Origin: Hormiphora californensis
Taxonomy: Eukaryota; Animalia; Ctenophora
NCBI GenBank assembly: GCA_020137815.1
Contig: CM035360.1
Location: forward strand, 1 to 64,000
Direction of reading: 5' to 3'
DNA length: 64,000 nucleotides
Shown here: positions 1 through 23,760 of the stretch, piece by piece
Layout: every line of letters begins with the position of its first letter
Position numbering within the stretch: the first letter of the stretch is position 1
Notes under the pieces: generated by a model
What the model saw: the letters and a program-made list of their open reading frames with translations, nothing else
Database searches by the model: none
What the model was told of the DNA's origin: nothing
Translations under genes and position numbers: made by a program

Positions 1-640
1 GGTCTAAGGGATCAAAGGCAGACTATTCGATATGTTATTATGATGTTGTGTTATGACCTTTGCATTCCATTCTCCCTATATTTAATGAGGGTGAGCTTCA
101 TTATATTCCCTCTTGTGTTTGTTATGTTTCCCTTGGGTAGTGATGCCATGACATCATCCCCTATCGTTACCATCCATATATACCCTCCATATACACCCTC
201 CATATATCGTTGCCCTTCATACAGTCCTAGTCACAATTGGGATATCGTTAGCATCCATGCAGTGAGTTTATTACATCATCACAATTGGAATATCCCGTCA
301 TCTCTGGGCACTCCTTCAGAAACACTGACCTTTTAGAAACACTCCTAACAGACGAGTTCTGAACAACTTTGAAAGCTCTGAATCTGTAACCCAACTCCTA
401 TTTCTGCCTGAAATTCTGTAACAGTTCTGCTATTTCATTTGTAGTAGTCTCGCCAGACGGTCAAACGGCTGTTACACCAACTTCTCAAACCTTTCCTTCT
501 TCCCCTCTCTCTTTAGTAAAAGTAACAATCTCACTTTTATCTCTCTATTTTTAAATGTAACAATCTCACTTTTATCTCTCTTTTTTGTAACAATCTCAGT
601 TTTCAGCCACATGGAGCTGCTCATATCCTAGATAGATGTA

Positions 641-701
<61 letters not shown>

Positions 702-1826
702 ATCTCTCTCCATCTCTCGTTTACTCACAATCTGTAATATGAACTGTCTGACGGGTGTATCTGAATCTCATCTCTTCTTCAATGTATCTTTGGTTCCTGT
801 ACAGTGTATTCAGTATTGGTGTCAGATAGTATTTCTCTCTAGTTTTTAGATATTTTGTTTCTCATCGTAGAGTTGTGCTGGACGTCTCTAGCAGCTAGTT
901 GTTGTGCTGGGTGTCGTTCTGGGTGTCGTTCTGGGTGTCGTTCAGAGAGTTGTTCAGAACCCCCTTCCCTAGCACAGTTGATTGCAGTGTGTTTTTAATC
1001 AAATCCTAACTTGGCAGTTTGGCACCTTTCTCTGTGTTTTTTTGACGTCAGCGTGGCTAAAACGCTTCTCTCCTCTCCACCCTTCTCTTACATCTCCACC
1101 CTCTTACATCTCCACCCTTCTCTTACATCTTACATCACATCTTACTCTGTACTTCACCCGAGTCCTTATTTGTCCCCTTCGTCTCAGTCTTGATGCGTGT
1201 TGTTGGATCTTCAGTCAGTGTTTATTCGATTTTCTCCCCAATATTATTGTGTTGGGCAGTGATTCATTTTGGGGTTCACGCCCCTTCCTCTATCTCTTCC
1301 TATCTTCCTTCCATCATATCGTTTTCCCTAAATACCCTGTCACCCTATTCCAGCGTATTGTATTTCACTTCAATGTTCATTATGTTCATCGGTGGTTAGC
1401 ACCTCTGAGAAAATGGGCGAGAAAGTGAGAGTGTGTGTGTAAGGTAGTGACTTTAGTGTGAGTGAGAGAGATGCTATTTTCTTGCGTGACACCATCCTTG
1501 CAAAGCACACTGAATTGCGGAGTCAGTTTGTGATAAATCTAAACGGTGATCTATTATACTGACCACCATTATACGATCAGTCGATAGAATGAATTGTAGT
1601 GTTGATGTACTAACCCTGCTTGTCTAAATTAACACTTTGTCACTACTTCAACTCCTGTTAAACTCCAATCTATTCATTCTTACTTGTTCTAGCTCAATCT
1701 ATCGCTAAACCGGGTTTAGTAAACCCCAATTGCCCCTCTCTCCCTGTTGTAAGGGGTTAGTTGTAAGGGGCTACCTTACTCCCCCTGTCCCCACCTGTTA
1801 TAAACCCACTATCCCCTCCCTCCTAG

Positions 1827-7457
<5,631 letters not shown>

Positions 7458-9513
7458 CGGGTTAGAGGGATACCGGTTTGATAGAGGGGTTTAGGGTTAG
7501 TTTAATTAGGTTTAATAGGTTTAATAATGATGAGGGGGACAGTTCCCAGTGGTAGGAGCGCTTCCGGGAGGCGTAATTAAGAGGAAGAGAAAGGGAGAGA
7601 GAGATGTGTGTTGTGTAATGTCTATTGACCAGTCATACCTAATTTGAGAAGATGGGAAATAAAGAGCGCTGTTGGTGTCTTTGTCCAAATCACACGAAAA
7701 AGGGCTAGAAGGGGGTGGAGGTTTTGATTTGAGAGAGGGACGAACCCGCCCTATCAAATATTCTATAAAAGTGTAAATCGAGCGGAAACGGTGAGGGAAA
7801 AGGCGCAGGGAGAGGAGAGGAAGGGGCAAGGGGGTTTGTTGTTAATTAAATCCGCATGATTCTGTCTACAATGTGTTCAAATGGGATTGCTCCTCAACCC
7901 CCCCCCTCGTTCCGCCCTCCGTCTCCCGTTCGTTTTCGTCCGTCTGAGTCTCTTATATTTCTAACCCTACGATCTATTTCAATATGGACTCTCATCTATC
8001 TATAGCTCTATCTCTCTCTCTCTACCCTTATACAATTTCCTAACCCTTATGGTTGAGACATATTATTCTTCTAGGTGAGGTGGCTAGCCGGTACAATGGA
8101 CCTGCTCCCATCTCCTTGCTACCAGAACCGCTTGAATGATATCTGTGCTGATTGATTTAGAGCCATGTCTCATGGTGAGGACTCTAATGAGGTGTAAACT
8201 CCAGGACCAGTGGTGGGGAGATTGTGTTTGTGTGGAGATTAGCCTGTGGAGATGCCTTTCGAATCGGATTTGATTCTCTGGCGGCAGGGGAGGATGGGGG
8301 AGGGATCTTCCTCTCAACTTCACAGGGTAAGGGTAAAAGAGCAAGTATAAGAAGGGTGTCTAAAGGTTAAAGAGCTAAGTAAGAGCCAGCTTTATTTGTC
8401 ATTTCATGTACATGTGTCATGTGCGTTCTTGTTTGTCTTGTATTATCTCGTGGGACAGGTCAGTGTTGTGGTCGCTTGTAGCAAAAAACCCAAGAAAAAC
8501 GTCCCAATTCACTAAACAGAGATCACCTAAGGATAAAGCAGCAAAAGCAACGCTTGAGTAGCCTGTAGTGTGAGAAAATCATCATCAAGTATAATGACTT
8601 TATACATAATTTATTTTCCTTTAGGATCAGTAGTGTGGCAAGTGCAATTTCCTTAGCTCATAGGGTTGTTTTTATTTTATCATTACCCGATATTTCCCAA
8701 CGTTTTGGCACCTGCCAGCTACCTTTTATATTCGGGCCACTGACACTGTCATTTTCTCTAGGGTGTTCTTAATGGCTCAGGCCAGAGGGCGATCTGAGTC
8801 TAGAAAGAGAGAGAGAAGCGAGAGCGAGAGAGATGCAGAGAAAGAAGAGACGAGAGAGAGAGAGAAGGAGAGAGAGAGCAGAGATCTCTATCGATTCTCT
8901 ATCTCTCTCTATTCACCTGAATAATTAGAGCTACATTGTACCACTACTTTACGCCAATGAAGCAGGTCTGCCAGCAGTTCAGTTGCCCCACAAAGTTTAA
9001 ATCAGCGCCTGTGGCCAAGGAGGCAAGGGAAAGAGAGGAGATTGACCGGAGAGAGAGGAGAGAGGGAGAACGCGGAGGGGATGAGATGAAGAGTCCGAGA
9101 CGGAGCAGCAGAGGGGCCGATGAGAAGAGTATGAGCGAGATTCGATGATGTGGAGATGAGAGAGAGCTGAAGAGAGAGAGAGACGAAGGAGAGAGAGAGG
9201 ATGGAGGATTTGATTGTAGACGATGAGAGAGAGGACGAGGGACCGATCGCCCTCTTTCTGAGCCTGAGAGACGCAACAGTTTGATAATGCAGCTGACATG
9301 AGATGAGATGACCGAGAGAGAGTCGACTCGTGAGGCGAGGCTTCTGAGAGCGACGACTGGACGATCTGGACGGAAGGGAAGTGCGAGACAAATAGAGAGA
9401 GGAGGAAGAAAGAAGGAGGCGATGGAGACCGGATGAGGAGAGAGAAGAGGGAGAAGAGAGATGACGGTACGAGAGAGGAGGGAGAGACGAGGAGAGAGAG
9501 AGAGAGAGGAGAG

Positions 9514-9554
<41 letters not shown>

Positions 9555-10774
9555 TGGGTCACGTGGTTTTCTAATTTTAAGGCACACACACACATACTTA
9601 TTCTGACACACATGTGTCTACACACACACACTTGTAAATCACGACTTGACTTGCTCACAGACCCTCTTTTTCACACAAATATTTCAAATGGTCTCACTTT
9701 TAATTTTATTAATTGGTTTTATATGCTTGATTGAAAAATTATCATGAAATGACTCCTTTTTATAATTTAGCGATCACTTTCTGACTAGACGGTGTCCCGA
9801 ATATGCGTGATGTGTCACAGCTGTTAATTGATGCAATCTCTGTCACATTAGAAAAGCATTTTGTTTTGCTTGTTTTGTGTTTTCATGTGTTGAGAGAGAA
9901 ACTGCTTCAGAAATTCCTTCCTTTCACGTCACTCGTCAGTCATTAGTTGTGTTCTGAGGAACATGTCTCTAGTTCACAGACTAGATCTATTCAGTTATGT
10001 ACTCAGCGAATTTAGTTACGAAAAAAAAAAATTGTAAAAAACCTGTTGAGATTTAAAATAAATCTAACCCCCACCCTCTCTCTCCCAATTTAGAGTTCAG
10101 AAAGCGGCCGTAGTTCCCTGGACTCGAGAGAAAAAGTTATGCATAGCACACCTAAGGACTCCTCAAAAACCCCCGGTAAAGTGAGAAACGGGCAACATTG
10201 AAACGATGGGTTCGGGGTGGAAGATGGGACAGCATGGCAAAAGTATACTGCTGATGGGGGGGGGTGGAACGTTAGCACGTTTCCTGGGGGGGGGGGGGAT
10301 CACAAATAGAGAATGTTATCATTGATCAAACATATATCTACAGTATTTGGCATGCTCTGCAGGCTTCAGAGTTTAGTAACCTCACCTTACCAAGATTCAA
10401 TCTCATTCCCCTTTCTTGGTAGGCCTCCTATTCCCATATTTCATGCTTTCTCCCAACACGTACCCCGACAACTCACTGACACACACGTACCCCGACAATT
10501 TCTCCCAAACCCCAACCCCCGCCACATGCACTTTCCACTGCCACCTCCAAACTACAGTTCCCTTTTTAGAGTATTTTTAATTTGAGTTATGAAATGACTG
10601 AGTGGGTCCGTTTTCTGTATCACGTGAAATCACCGGGGTTTCCCGGGTTGGGTAGAAACGGAACACAGAGCGCTGTGGGGAGGTGTGTGTGGGGGAGATG
10701 TGTGTGGTGTAGGTTGGTACCACACTGTTGTTTTGTTGTTTCTTGATTGTTGTTTTTTTTTCTAAGGGTTACAA

Positions 10775-12104
10775 CAGGAAAGGACCGAAATTGGGTTTTC
10801 GGTTGGGTTTTCGGTTGGGGGAAATTCGGTTTTTTTTTGGGCGGCGGTTCGGTTCGGTTCGGTAGGAAATTTTGCGAACCCCCAAATTTTTTTGGCAAAA
10901 AATCCCCAAAAACGGGCTTTTTAGCAAAATTTTTTAAATTTATTTCACAAAAATTGTATGGTTTTCAAGTCAATTTCGCCGTTTTAACCTTTTTCGAATG
11001 GGGGTGCTTTGGAAATGATTCGCAGTTAGCAGGTTCTTAAAAGATTTGATCCCTGATTTCCCCGTAAATCGGCCCCTCATGAGAGGGTCAACAAATTCAA
11101 AATTTTTTTTTTTAAAAAATTTCGGAGAGACCGATAAAAGGTTTTAAAGAATCATTCTCTAAAAATTTTGTAAAAAAGTTTGGAAAATTTTTTCAAAGCA
11201 ATTTTATGGAAAATTTTCTATGTCAATTTTTGCGTACAAATCTGTTTCGAATCGGTATTGTAAGCGGGAGTGATTTGCTATTAGGGGGGGCCGGAGGGTT
11301 TATGTGATCGTGACCCCCCATCAAAATCAATTAGGAATTTTGGGGAAACGATTCTTTTTAATAATTGCTAATTAGGAGAGCACGCCGCATAGCTCATCGA
11401 TTCGCAACACGATTGTACGGCAAAATTGACATAGTTTTTTTTTTCCGAAATTGACTTTGAAATTTTTTACAAAGTTTTTTTCACAAAATTAATTTTCTTA
11501 AAATTCATGGGAGAGACAAGGTTTTGAAAATCTTACGAAATTTGTAAATTTTTTTTTTGAAAAAATATTTAAAGTAAATTATGGATACGAATGGGTTTTT
11601 TAATCGAAAATGTAAACGGGAGTGATGTTGGTAATAGGGGTCCGAGGGGATTGTGCTGATACGTGATCCCCCATCAAATCTAAATTAGGAAAATTTAGAG
11701 AGACACGATTCATGGTTCGTTTAATCCTGCTAATTAGCAATACCATTCCCGTATAGCATTGCCGATTCGAAACACGATTCGTACGCAAAAATTGACATAG
11801 AAAATTTACGATAAAATTGACTTTGAAATTTTTTTCACAAAATTGACTTTGAAATTTTTTCAAACATTTTTTAACAAAATTTCAGAGAATGATTCTCAAT
11901 ACCTTGATCGGTGCTCTCCATAACTTTTTAGAGAAACATTTATACAGAAAAAGTTTTGTATGGTTCGGTTCGGTTCGGTTACCGAAATTCGGTTCGGTTC
12001 GGTTCGGTTCGGTTCGGTTCGGTTCGGTTCGGTTCGGTAAAAAAGTTTTTCAAATTCGGTTCGGTTCGGTTCGGTGGAAAAAAACCCGGTTCGGTCGTTT
12101 CCTG
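10775..12104. mobile_element. hAT-like non-autonomous element with (CGGTT)n subterminal repeats and internal inverted repeats
   Basis: Starts CAGGAAAGGACCGAA and ends TTCGGTCGTTTCCTG. Flanks gttac-aa / gttactaa give an approximate 8-bp TSD. (GGTTC)n runs lie near both ends. Sequence quality here is poor. Confidence 0.65.
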
Positions 12105-12450
12105 GTTACTAAGTTACTAGTTGGTAGCTAAGAAACTAGTTGGTTGCTAAGGGGTTGCTAAGTTACTAGTTGGTTGCTGAGTTACTTATTTGTTGCTAAG
12201 TAACTGATTGGTTGCTAAGTATCTGATTGGTTGCTAAGTTACTAGTTGGTTGCTAAGTTACTAGTTGGTTGCTAAGTTACTAGTTGGTTGCTAAGTTACT
12301 AGTTGGTTACTAAGTTACTAGTTGGTTGCTTAGTTACTAGTTGGTTGCTAAGTTACTAGTTGGTTACTAGGTTACTAGTTGGTTGCTTAGTTACTAGTTG
12401 GTTGCTAAGTAACTAGTTGGTTGCTATGCTACTAATTGGTTGCTAAGTAA
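12105..12450. repeat. 19-bp minisatellite (GTTACTAGTTGGTTGCTAA)n
   Basis: About 18 tandem, slightly degenerate copies are directly visible. Confidence 0.95.
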
Positions 12451-12943
12451 CACAATCTACTAGATATGAGTATGTCGCGACTTTCCACATCCTTCAGAGT
12501 TGTACCAGGTTAGTACAGTGTTTTAGTACAGTGTGACTTTGTTGAAGTGTGACTCACTCACAATCTTGAACCAGCTCACTTGAATCCATGCCTCGATATG
12601 AGCCACATTCTGGACCAGAAGGTAGCCATCTCTCCAAGCAATACTCAGACCAATACAGTCGCGACAGCTGTATATGGCGACAGAGGGATTTTATCCAGCC
12701 CGGGTTTCTACTTACCTTGCTCGACCCTGTCTCACCGCACTCCACTACTGCAGCACACTTTCTTTATCTGACAGCTCGGATGGCTGGATTTGACACGGCT
12801 CGGTTTCTGATACACAGACCCATGCGGCTTGCTTTTGTAATACGATCTGCAGTTCTGGCTAGACCAGATCTGGGGTAGAGGTGGGGAGGGGGGTCTCTTG
12901 TGCACTGATGAATTGCTACAAATGGTAACAATCCTGTTCATTG

Positions 12944-12997
<54 letters not shown>

Positions 12998-14142
12998 ATC
13001 TATAGATCTATGAGCTATATATCGTCTCGTATAGTATCTATCTCTCTATCTCTATAGCGGTCTCTTCTCGGCTCTCTCTCTCGTGTGTCTCGTGTCAGTG
13101 TGTTCTGGCGCGTTTATAATTGTTTCCAAATGCGGCTCCCTCCTCCGTTCTCCTGTGATAAGATCTTTAATTTTGTAATGAACCAGTATAATTCTCCTTT
13201 CTCTTTCTCCCCTCTGTCTCTTCCCTCTTCCATTCTCTTCATCATCACTATAACTAAATCACTCATTTGATTGTGCATTGTCGATAGGGGTGGTAGGAGG
13301 AGTAATGTATTGAGTTGGTGTATAGGTGCTGTGTCTCAGTTAGGGCTCATGTAACCAGTATCATGTAACCATGGTAACCTGAGAGGGAGGTGGCCTGAAG
13401 AGGGCTGTAAGACAAGTACCTAGTGAGCACCAGGTGTGATGTGATGATGTGTTGGTCTATTTTTAGATGGTGACTTGATCTCCATTCCTCAACCCACACA
13501 CAATCCGGTGCTGGATGCTTCTTTCACAGTTCACACACACTCACCCTCTCTTTTTTCACCTCTCTCTCTCTCATCATCCATTTTTAGCCTTTTCACTCTT
13601 TGCACACTGCCGCTCTGCAGCACCGTGCTTGTTTTGATTGTCCAGAGAGAGAGAGAGAGAGAAAGAGAGACAACTCATTAGTATCTGACCTCTCTCACTC
13701 CTCTTTTTTTGCAGTTTCACCCTTTTAATTGCACTGATATTGTTCTCCCTGCTTCATTCTCCTCCCCAACCCTGGGTGATAGTCCTCCTCATTCTAGCTC
13801 TGTGACGTGTTTCTAGTGACGTGATGCACCTGTTTGATGTCCATGTCATTCTCCAAGATCCAGCTCCTCCAAAACTAGGCCCCAGCAATCCAGCTCCTCC
13901 TACAGGTCCCAGCAATCCAGCGATACACAAACATCATGGCCCCAATCCAGCAACACATTGCGTGTATCCTAAAGGTCGAAATGCAGCATCCTATGCAACT
14001 CCAAAAGGTCTAAAAAAGAACCGATTCTGGCTACAAAATCATTTAAGAGATTCCCAAAATTCCTAAATTAGGACTCTGGTCTCTGGATCAGCTGTGATAA
14101 CAACATTTGTTCTAGAATCTTCTCTCAGAAATCAATTAGTCA

Positions 14143-14285
<143 letters not shown>

Positions 14286-14362
14286 TTTATAGTGATAAAC
14301 TGTCATGTTTTATTACACAGCTAGGCATGGGTTGGTAGCGAGAGAGAATAGTAACTATTATG

Positions 14363-14870
14363 TAGTGGGAGACACTAGCGTGGTACGCGCAAAAAAATGC
14401 GCGCCACACCAAATTCGTTTTTCAAAAAACACGCAAGAAAAAGTTTTTCAACATCGACTTTTCACGTTTTGGCCCATAACTCCTGTTCCTGATGAGATAA
14501 AGACTTCAAACCGGCGCCATTCGATGGGCAATGAAATTCCCTTTCCAACGGTACCCAAACGAACTCATCAGGAACCGGAGATATGATCAATTATGACATT
14601 GCCGATGGAAACTTACACGCGGTTATTATCATAAGTGATCATATCTCCGGTTCCTGATGAGCTACAGAAACCGTTTGCATGCCGTTGGAAAGGGAATTTC
14701 AAGCCCCATCGAATGGCGAAGGTTTGAAGTCTTTATCGCATCAGGAACAGGAGTTATGAGCCAAAATGTGAAAAGTCGATCTTGAAAAACTTTTTCTTGC
14801 GTGTTTTTTGAAAAACGAAATCGGTGTGGCGCACATTTTTTTGCGCGTACCACGCTAGTGTCTCCCACTA
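14363..14870. mobile_element. ~510-bp palindromic MITE
   Basis: TAGTGGGAGACACTAGCGTGGTACGCGC ... GCGCGTACCACGCTAGTGTCTCCCACTA, with arms pairing almost to the centre. The flanks can be read as an ATG 3-bp TSD, or as a TA TSD if the terminal TA is excluded. Confidence 0.9.
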
Positions 14871-14895
14871 ATGATTACTAATCCCATCTCTTCAG

Positions 14896-18796
<3,901 letters not shown>

Positions 18797-19416
18797 GAGG
18801 GCGACTTTTTAGTGTTAAATTTGAGAAGTGTGTGTATTATGTTGTGGTCAAGTGTTCTGATTCGGCCCAACACTGTGCACTGCACAGTGTGCAGTATGCG
18901 ATGATGTTGTTATTGGTAAGAAGAGGGAGCTGTCAGAGCATTTGCCTGACAGAGACCGGCAAGAGAGTTGGAGAGGGTAAACAAGAGAACAGAGGATTTA
19001 TATGGGACATTTACCATCACTTGTTTGTCTTGTATGTCTGGGACGGTTTCTAAAAGATCTGATGTTTTCAAGTTCCTATATTCAGAAAGAACAGCTTGTC
19101 AGAAAATTAAAGTTATTAAATCAGGTTTATTTTGGTTCCGAAATATAATTTAAAACCCTTTTTGAGATCGTTATACATAATGTATATTCATGAAGCAAGA
19201 AAAAGAAATTTAAATTGTTTATTAAAACCCCCCGTTGTTTGAGAAATCTGTTGTTTTTACTGATTTGTGTAACACTTCTATTTTCACATTTTGGAAAAAA
19301 GAACCCTCTTGTATTATTTTTGTAAAGTCAGTATGAATTGCAAATGACTTCGGGAGATGCCAATAAAACAGTTATTGGCATCTCCCTAATTCATTTGCAA
19401 TTGTTATTAACAGATA

Positions 19417-20382
19417 CAGTCGGACCCCGATATACCGGGATCGGGATGCTCGGGGGAAATGCCGAAATTGTTTTGCCCGGTACAATTACATCGGGGTGCC
19501 CGCTATATCGGAGTCAAATATCTAACTATATCTAATGCAAATTTGCACGGAAATGTGACACCCTATCGTCAATGTGACGATGTGATCCGTCAATGTGACG
19601 ACGTGATCCGTCAACGTGACGACATGATCCGTCAGTGTGACGACGTGATTCGTAGGTATCACGTATCACACGTGTTGAGAACTGCTTGCGACTTGAGGGG
19701 TCACATCACATGTATAAAAGGGAGAGAAAGAGAGAAAAAGAGAGGGATCACATCACATAGCATATAGCAGACAGGCGGGTACCGGACAAAAACTCGAATG
19801 GACGATAACTCGAACTCGAACTCGAAAATTTCGGACTATAACTCACATTTTGAAAATCTCGAATCTAGGTGAGTTATAGTCCGGATCTGGTGACTTTTTG
19901 TCCGCCCCACTATTTAGGGTGAGTTAGAGTCCAAAAGGAAATTAACTCACCTCTCATGGGAACTCGAGATTGCGGCCGATAGGCCGGAAACGAGAGTTCA
20001 CTGGTTTATATTCCCTTGGTAGTGTTAGGGTTATTGTTTGGGTTCGAGGTTAGGGCTGTATTAGGGTTGGGTTGGGTTTTACGGTAAAAACCAGGTGAGT
20101 TTCAATTTCGACATTTTGTCCTAGCTGTCGACTTTTTGTCCTAGCAAAAAGTCGAAAATAAAGCGGACAGAAAGTCACCAAAAAATAAAAAGTCGACGCC
20201 AATTTTCGGACAATAACTCACTTTCGAGTTACAGTCCAGGTGAGTTACAGTCCTAGAGCCAGACAGGCAGAGAGAAAAACAGACCCCTCGATTTGCGATC
20301 GGTACGATCGCCCCAGTTTTGCTAGTTATTCAAATCCTATATCGGTGGAAGTTTATCCCTCCGGTAAATTGGGGTCTGTCTG
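19417..20382. mobile_element. Tc1/mariner (pogo/Tigger-style) non-autonomous element; internally deleted copy at 24214-24357
   Basis: ta|CAGTCGGACCCCGATATACCGG ... CCGGTAAATTGGGGTCTGTCTG|ta, i.e. imperfect TIRs with a TA TSD. Contains a 21-bp repeat (19565-19650) and a nested element. Confidence 0.75.
19777..20259. mobile_element. Nested non-autonomous DNA element with 9-bp TSD (MULE-like)
   Basis: Direct repeat CAGACAGGC at 19768-19776 and 20260-20268. Imperfect TIRs GGGTACCGGACAAAAACTC / GAGTTACAGTCCTAGAGC. Internal GGACNNTAACTC repeats and TTAGGG-like runs. Confidence 0.75.
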
Positions 20383-20443
20383 TATAATGATATATACATA
20401 CAGTGTATGTCCTAGGATCCTAAGTCCTTATACCTTATACATA

Positions 20444-20663
20444 AAGTCGGATTTTTTGAAACTGTCACCCCCCTGAAATAACAAATTTGTCATATCTCCG
20501 GTTCCTGATAAGATAGAGACTTGAAATTTGGAGGTTCGGAAGAACTTAGCAAGATCTTTATAACCTCCAAATTTCAAGTCTCTATCTCATCAGGAACTGG
20601 ACTTATGGTCATTTAAAGAAATTTGAAAACTCAGGGGGGTGACAGTTTCAAAAAATCCGACTT
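20444..20663. mobile_element. 220-bp MITE with TA TSD
   Basis: ta|AAGTCGGATTTTTTGAAACTGTCACCCCCCTGA ... TCAGGGGGGTGACAGTTTCAAAAAATCCGACTT|ta. The paralogous empty site CATA/TAGGA is present near 24412-24420. Confidence 0.95.
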
Positions 20664-21479
20664 TATAGGATAAATAACGTAACACGCGCGAAATTGTGAC
20701 TTACGGTGCAAAGTAACGCGCGCAAGCAAGTCCACCGAATCGTCGTGCGCGCGATGCGATCCGGGCACAGCCGCGGCCGTTCCAAATTTTGGGCGCCGTT
20801 TTTTTGAAAAGCGCTGCCTTAAAGTCCATTTTTATTCAACTGTTCACCCTCCAACTCGTGCGCGTGCGATATTTTAATTTACGCTGCGCGCGCTACACGT
20901 TAACAGAGGCGGGGTATCGAGATTGGAATATTCAGCGTACCAAAAGCCCGCGCAAACACAAGCGCGCGCGGACCTCAAAGAGCCGCGCAGCTCCATTCAC
21001 TCCGCAAACAACCGATGTTTCAAATTTCTGACGGGAAGTTGTGGATCTGAGATCTCATCTCTCACTCCTTTTTTGCTTTTCTCTTCCGATTGTAATATTA
21101 CTTATTACGGGATCCCTTACTTCGCGGACTTTTTTGAGAAGTCAGATTCTACACATCACATCACAGTTTGTCACAGCTCAGTTTGAGCTGCACCGTTGTG
21201 CTTGTGAATCTCCCTTATTGTGAGAGCAATCTCTTCCCGTGCTCACGCCTCACTGGTTATAGGTATTACTTCTGCTACCAGCTTCAAGGAGGGTATACAG
21301 TTATGAAAGGGTACAGCGGAGTATTTGTGGTGAAGTGCAAGGAGACTGAGGGATATTGATCTGTAATCTTTCGAAGGAATCTTTTCCAAGGCGTGACTGC
21401 TGGCCGTAGTTTGTGAGACACTCAAAAGACGCCTAGCAAGAGTAAAATTAAGAGTATCGAAAAGCCAGAGCTAGAGGAT

Positions 21480-21975
21480 TTTACCGAGAAAGTTCTCCAT
21501 TTGCTTCGGAGAGGTGCTACCCTGTTCTTGACCGCCTGAGCAATGTAGATTGAAGGGTAAGAGAATGAAAGGAGGTTATTGGAGAGCAAAGAGGAGTTGA
21601 TTTCTGCACAAAAAGCCTTGGTAGAGTATCAGGATTGTCTTGTTAAGTTGCAGTGTCAGTTGCTCGACAAGACCTTTTCCTTTACTATAGTGTTTACAGC
21701 ATGAAGTTCCTCGAAAGGTTCAAGGGTGGTACTGAAGAACCAGTTAAGCTGTGCCTGTCTGGCCGAGAATATCGAGATATATCTGTCTTGCAAGAGTGGT
21801 TTAAAGAAGTGTGATAGGTACAAGATATGCGACATCCCCAGTCCGTTCACCCGAGGAGAGAAAGGAGATGATGAAGTTGGTGGCTGAACTAAAAGAGAAG
21901 AAGCATGCGGCACCAAGCAGGCCCTTTGGGATAAGAGTTTAGGAGGCAAGGTTAGGGAGGTGGAGGTGCGAGGGC
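21480..21975 (+). pseudogene. Degenerate non-LTR retroelement ORF1-like relic
   Basis: Frameshifted fragments LLESKEELISAQKALVEYQDCLVKLQCQLLDK (coiled coil) and PVRSPEERKEMMKLVAELKEKK resemble ORF1 C-termini of CR1/L2-group LINEs. Recognised by eye only. Confidence 0.4.
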
Positions 21976-22315
21976 GTGAACGTGTTACACTGTATTGTTT
22001 GTGTTAAGTTTGACAAATCTTCCACGAATATAAGTTTTACTAATTGCCACCCTCTCACTTGGCTTGTATTTCTCGGCAGCATATTATCATGATTATGCCC
22101 TGTAGCTGTAGTAAAGCGTTTTTGATGGCCATTGGCATGGATAGTATCAGATTCTCAACCTACCTCCAGTTAATCCTGGATCGTGATGACGACGGCCGAA
22201 TACAGATAGTTGACTAAGTACATAACAGTTCAAAGACATAAAAATCGTCAATTCAATACATACTGTATATCCGGACATTATTGATGTGAGTATTGATTTT
22301 AACACCTCAACCTCA

Positions 22316-23077
22316 TAACGGGTGATAACTAAAAATTTTACTCTAGAATTTTTTCCCTTTTGAGATACAACTTCGGCCCAGTAATAGAACGATTTTTCAC
22401 ACAATTTTAAATAAGAATAACATATTGGCAAAGACTAAAACGTTCATTTTCATAGCGATCTGCGATTATATCAGATCATTTCCTCTTGCCCACCAAAGCA
22501 TATACATAGTACGTGAAATCTACAAGTGTAAACATTGTTCTAGCACCTCTAGCACGGAGCACCTGTTCTGTTCGAGATACAGCTTTGGGACAATGATAGA
22601 AAGACTTATCAGACAATTTTGAACGAAATTAACTTTGTTTCAAATTTCATAAATCTCAATTTCCTGATCAGAATCTTCTGTAACAAAGCGTAGTTTACAG
22701 GTAATTTGAGAAATCGCCATTTCGACGATCTCTCCAAACATTAAAGACTGTGGAAACCCAACTTCCCAATGAGCTAAAATCTTCGAACTTGGCAGTTATG
22801 GTTTAAATGTCAGTTATGTCATGAACAACCAGACTTCCAATTTTGAAAATTCTATCTCATCATTTCAAATCTCCGTACTACATGCTCTAGTGGAGCAATA
22901 GGAAATGGTACGATATTGCTATGAAAATGAACTTTTTAGTCTTTGATGTTATGTTATTCTGATTCAAAATTGTCTGAAATATTCTATCACTGCATGGCCC
23001 GAAGCTGTATCTCAAAAGGGAAAAATTCTACTGCTTTTTTAAATTACATAGTAACAATTTTTAGTTGTCACCCGTTA
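22316..23077. mobile_element. Old, diverged foldback/MITE
   Basis: 22316-22460 is an imperfect reverse complement of 22910-23077 (TAACGGGTGA/TCACCCGTTA; TAGAATTTTTCCCTTTTGAGATACA/TGTATCTCAAAAGGGAAAAATTCTA). True ends are uncertain. Confidence 0.7.
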
Positions 23078-23760
23078 CTTTCGGTCAGGTCATCCTCCAG
23101 ACGCACAAACAAACAAACAAACACCTCACCCTCCTCAATTTTTATCCTATTCCCCTTTCCTCTTAGGTTACTCTACACGAATGGAAAAACGTTAGCTGGT
23201 ACCCTGCAGGTGCCTAATCGAACAACCATGTGATATACTGTAAGTTATGTGCATATTTTAGAGCTTAATTGTGCCCGTTTGCTTTTATTCAAAAAGATAT
23301 CCCTGTTTCCCCCTCCATCACTATCTTCCTTTCCCGATTCCGGTTGTTATGTTCTAACCCTCCCGTTACATTTATTTTTAAAGGGCAGCGCCCCGTGGCG
23401 CCACGCACCATGAGTGAGCAGCCCTTCCCCTACATGTGCGTTATTCAAGTATTTTCTGTCTGGCCCGTCCGTCTCCTTTTTTTTGTTTCCCGTCGTGTTT
23501 TTATGTGCGTGTTACTTCTCTCCACTCCCATCTTGGATTTTTTTTCAAAACCTCTAATTGTTATTCGTTGTTTTTTTTTTTCACTTCCTTCCCCCCCCCT
23601 CTTCCCTTTCCCTCCTCACTTCCTTCTTCTTTTTCCACTCCTTTGAGTTAAGTACCAGGGTGTACGGACCCAACCCCCATTTCTTTGTCTCCTTTTTTTT
23701 TTTCTCTTCCCCCCCCCCCCCCCCGCCCCCCCCTCCTTCCTTCCCCCTGGAACCCAATTG

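Larger units (their letters stand above)
18962..20789 (+). repeat. Direct duplication, copy 1 (carries insertions absent from copy 2)
   Basis: Near-identical to 23761-24545 from AGAGAGTTGGAGAGGGTAAAC to GCGGCCGTTCCAAATTT, apart from the indels described in findings. Confidence 0.9.

Noticed and set aside
12555-12878. Complex sequence with minus-strand acceptor and donor-like sites
   Set aside because: Every minus-strand frame between the sites has a stop, and the plus-strand ORFs resemble nothing I recognise. It could be non-coding or error-containing.
13821-14066. Pro-rich ORF as a possible upstream exon of the Smad-like gene
   Set aside because: Only weak donors (GTCGAA, GTCTAA) are available and it is not MH1-like, so it was left out of the model.
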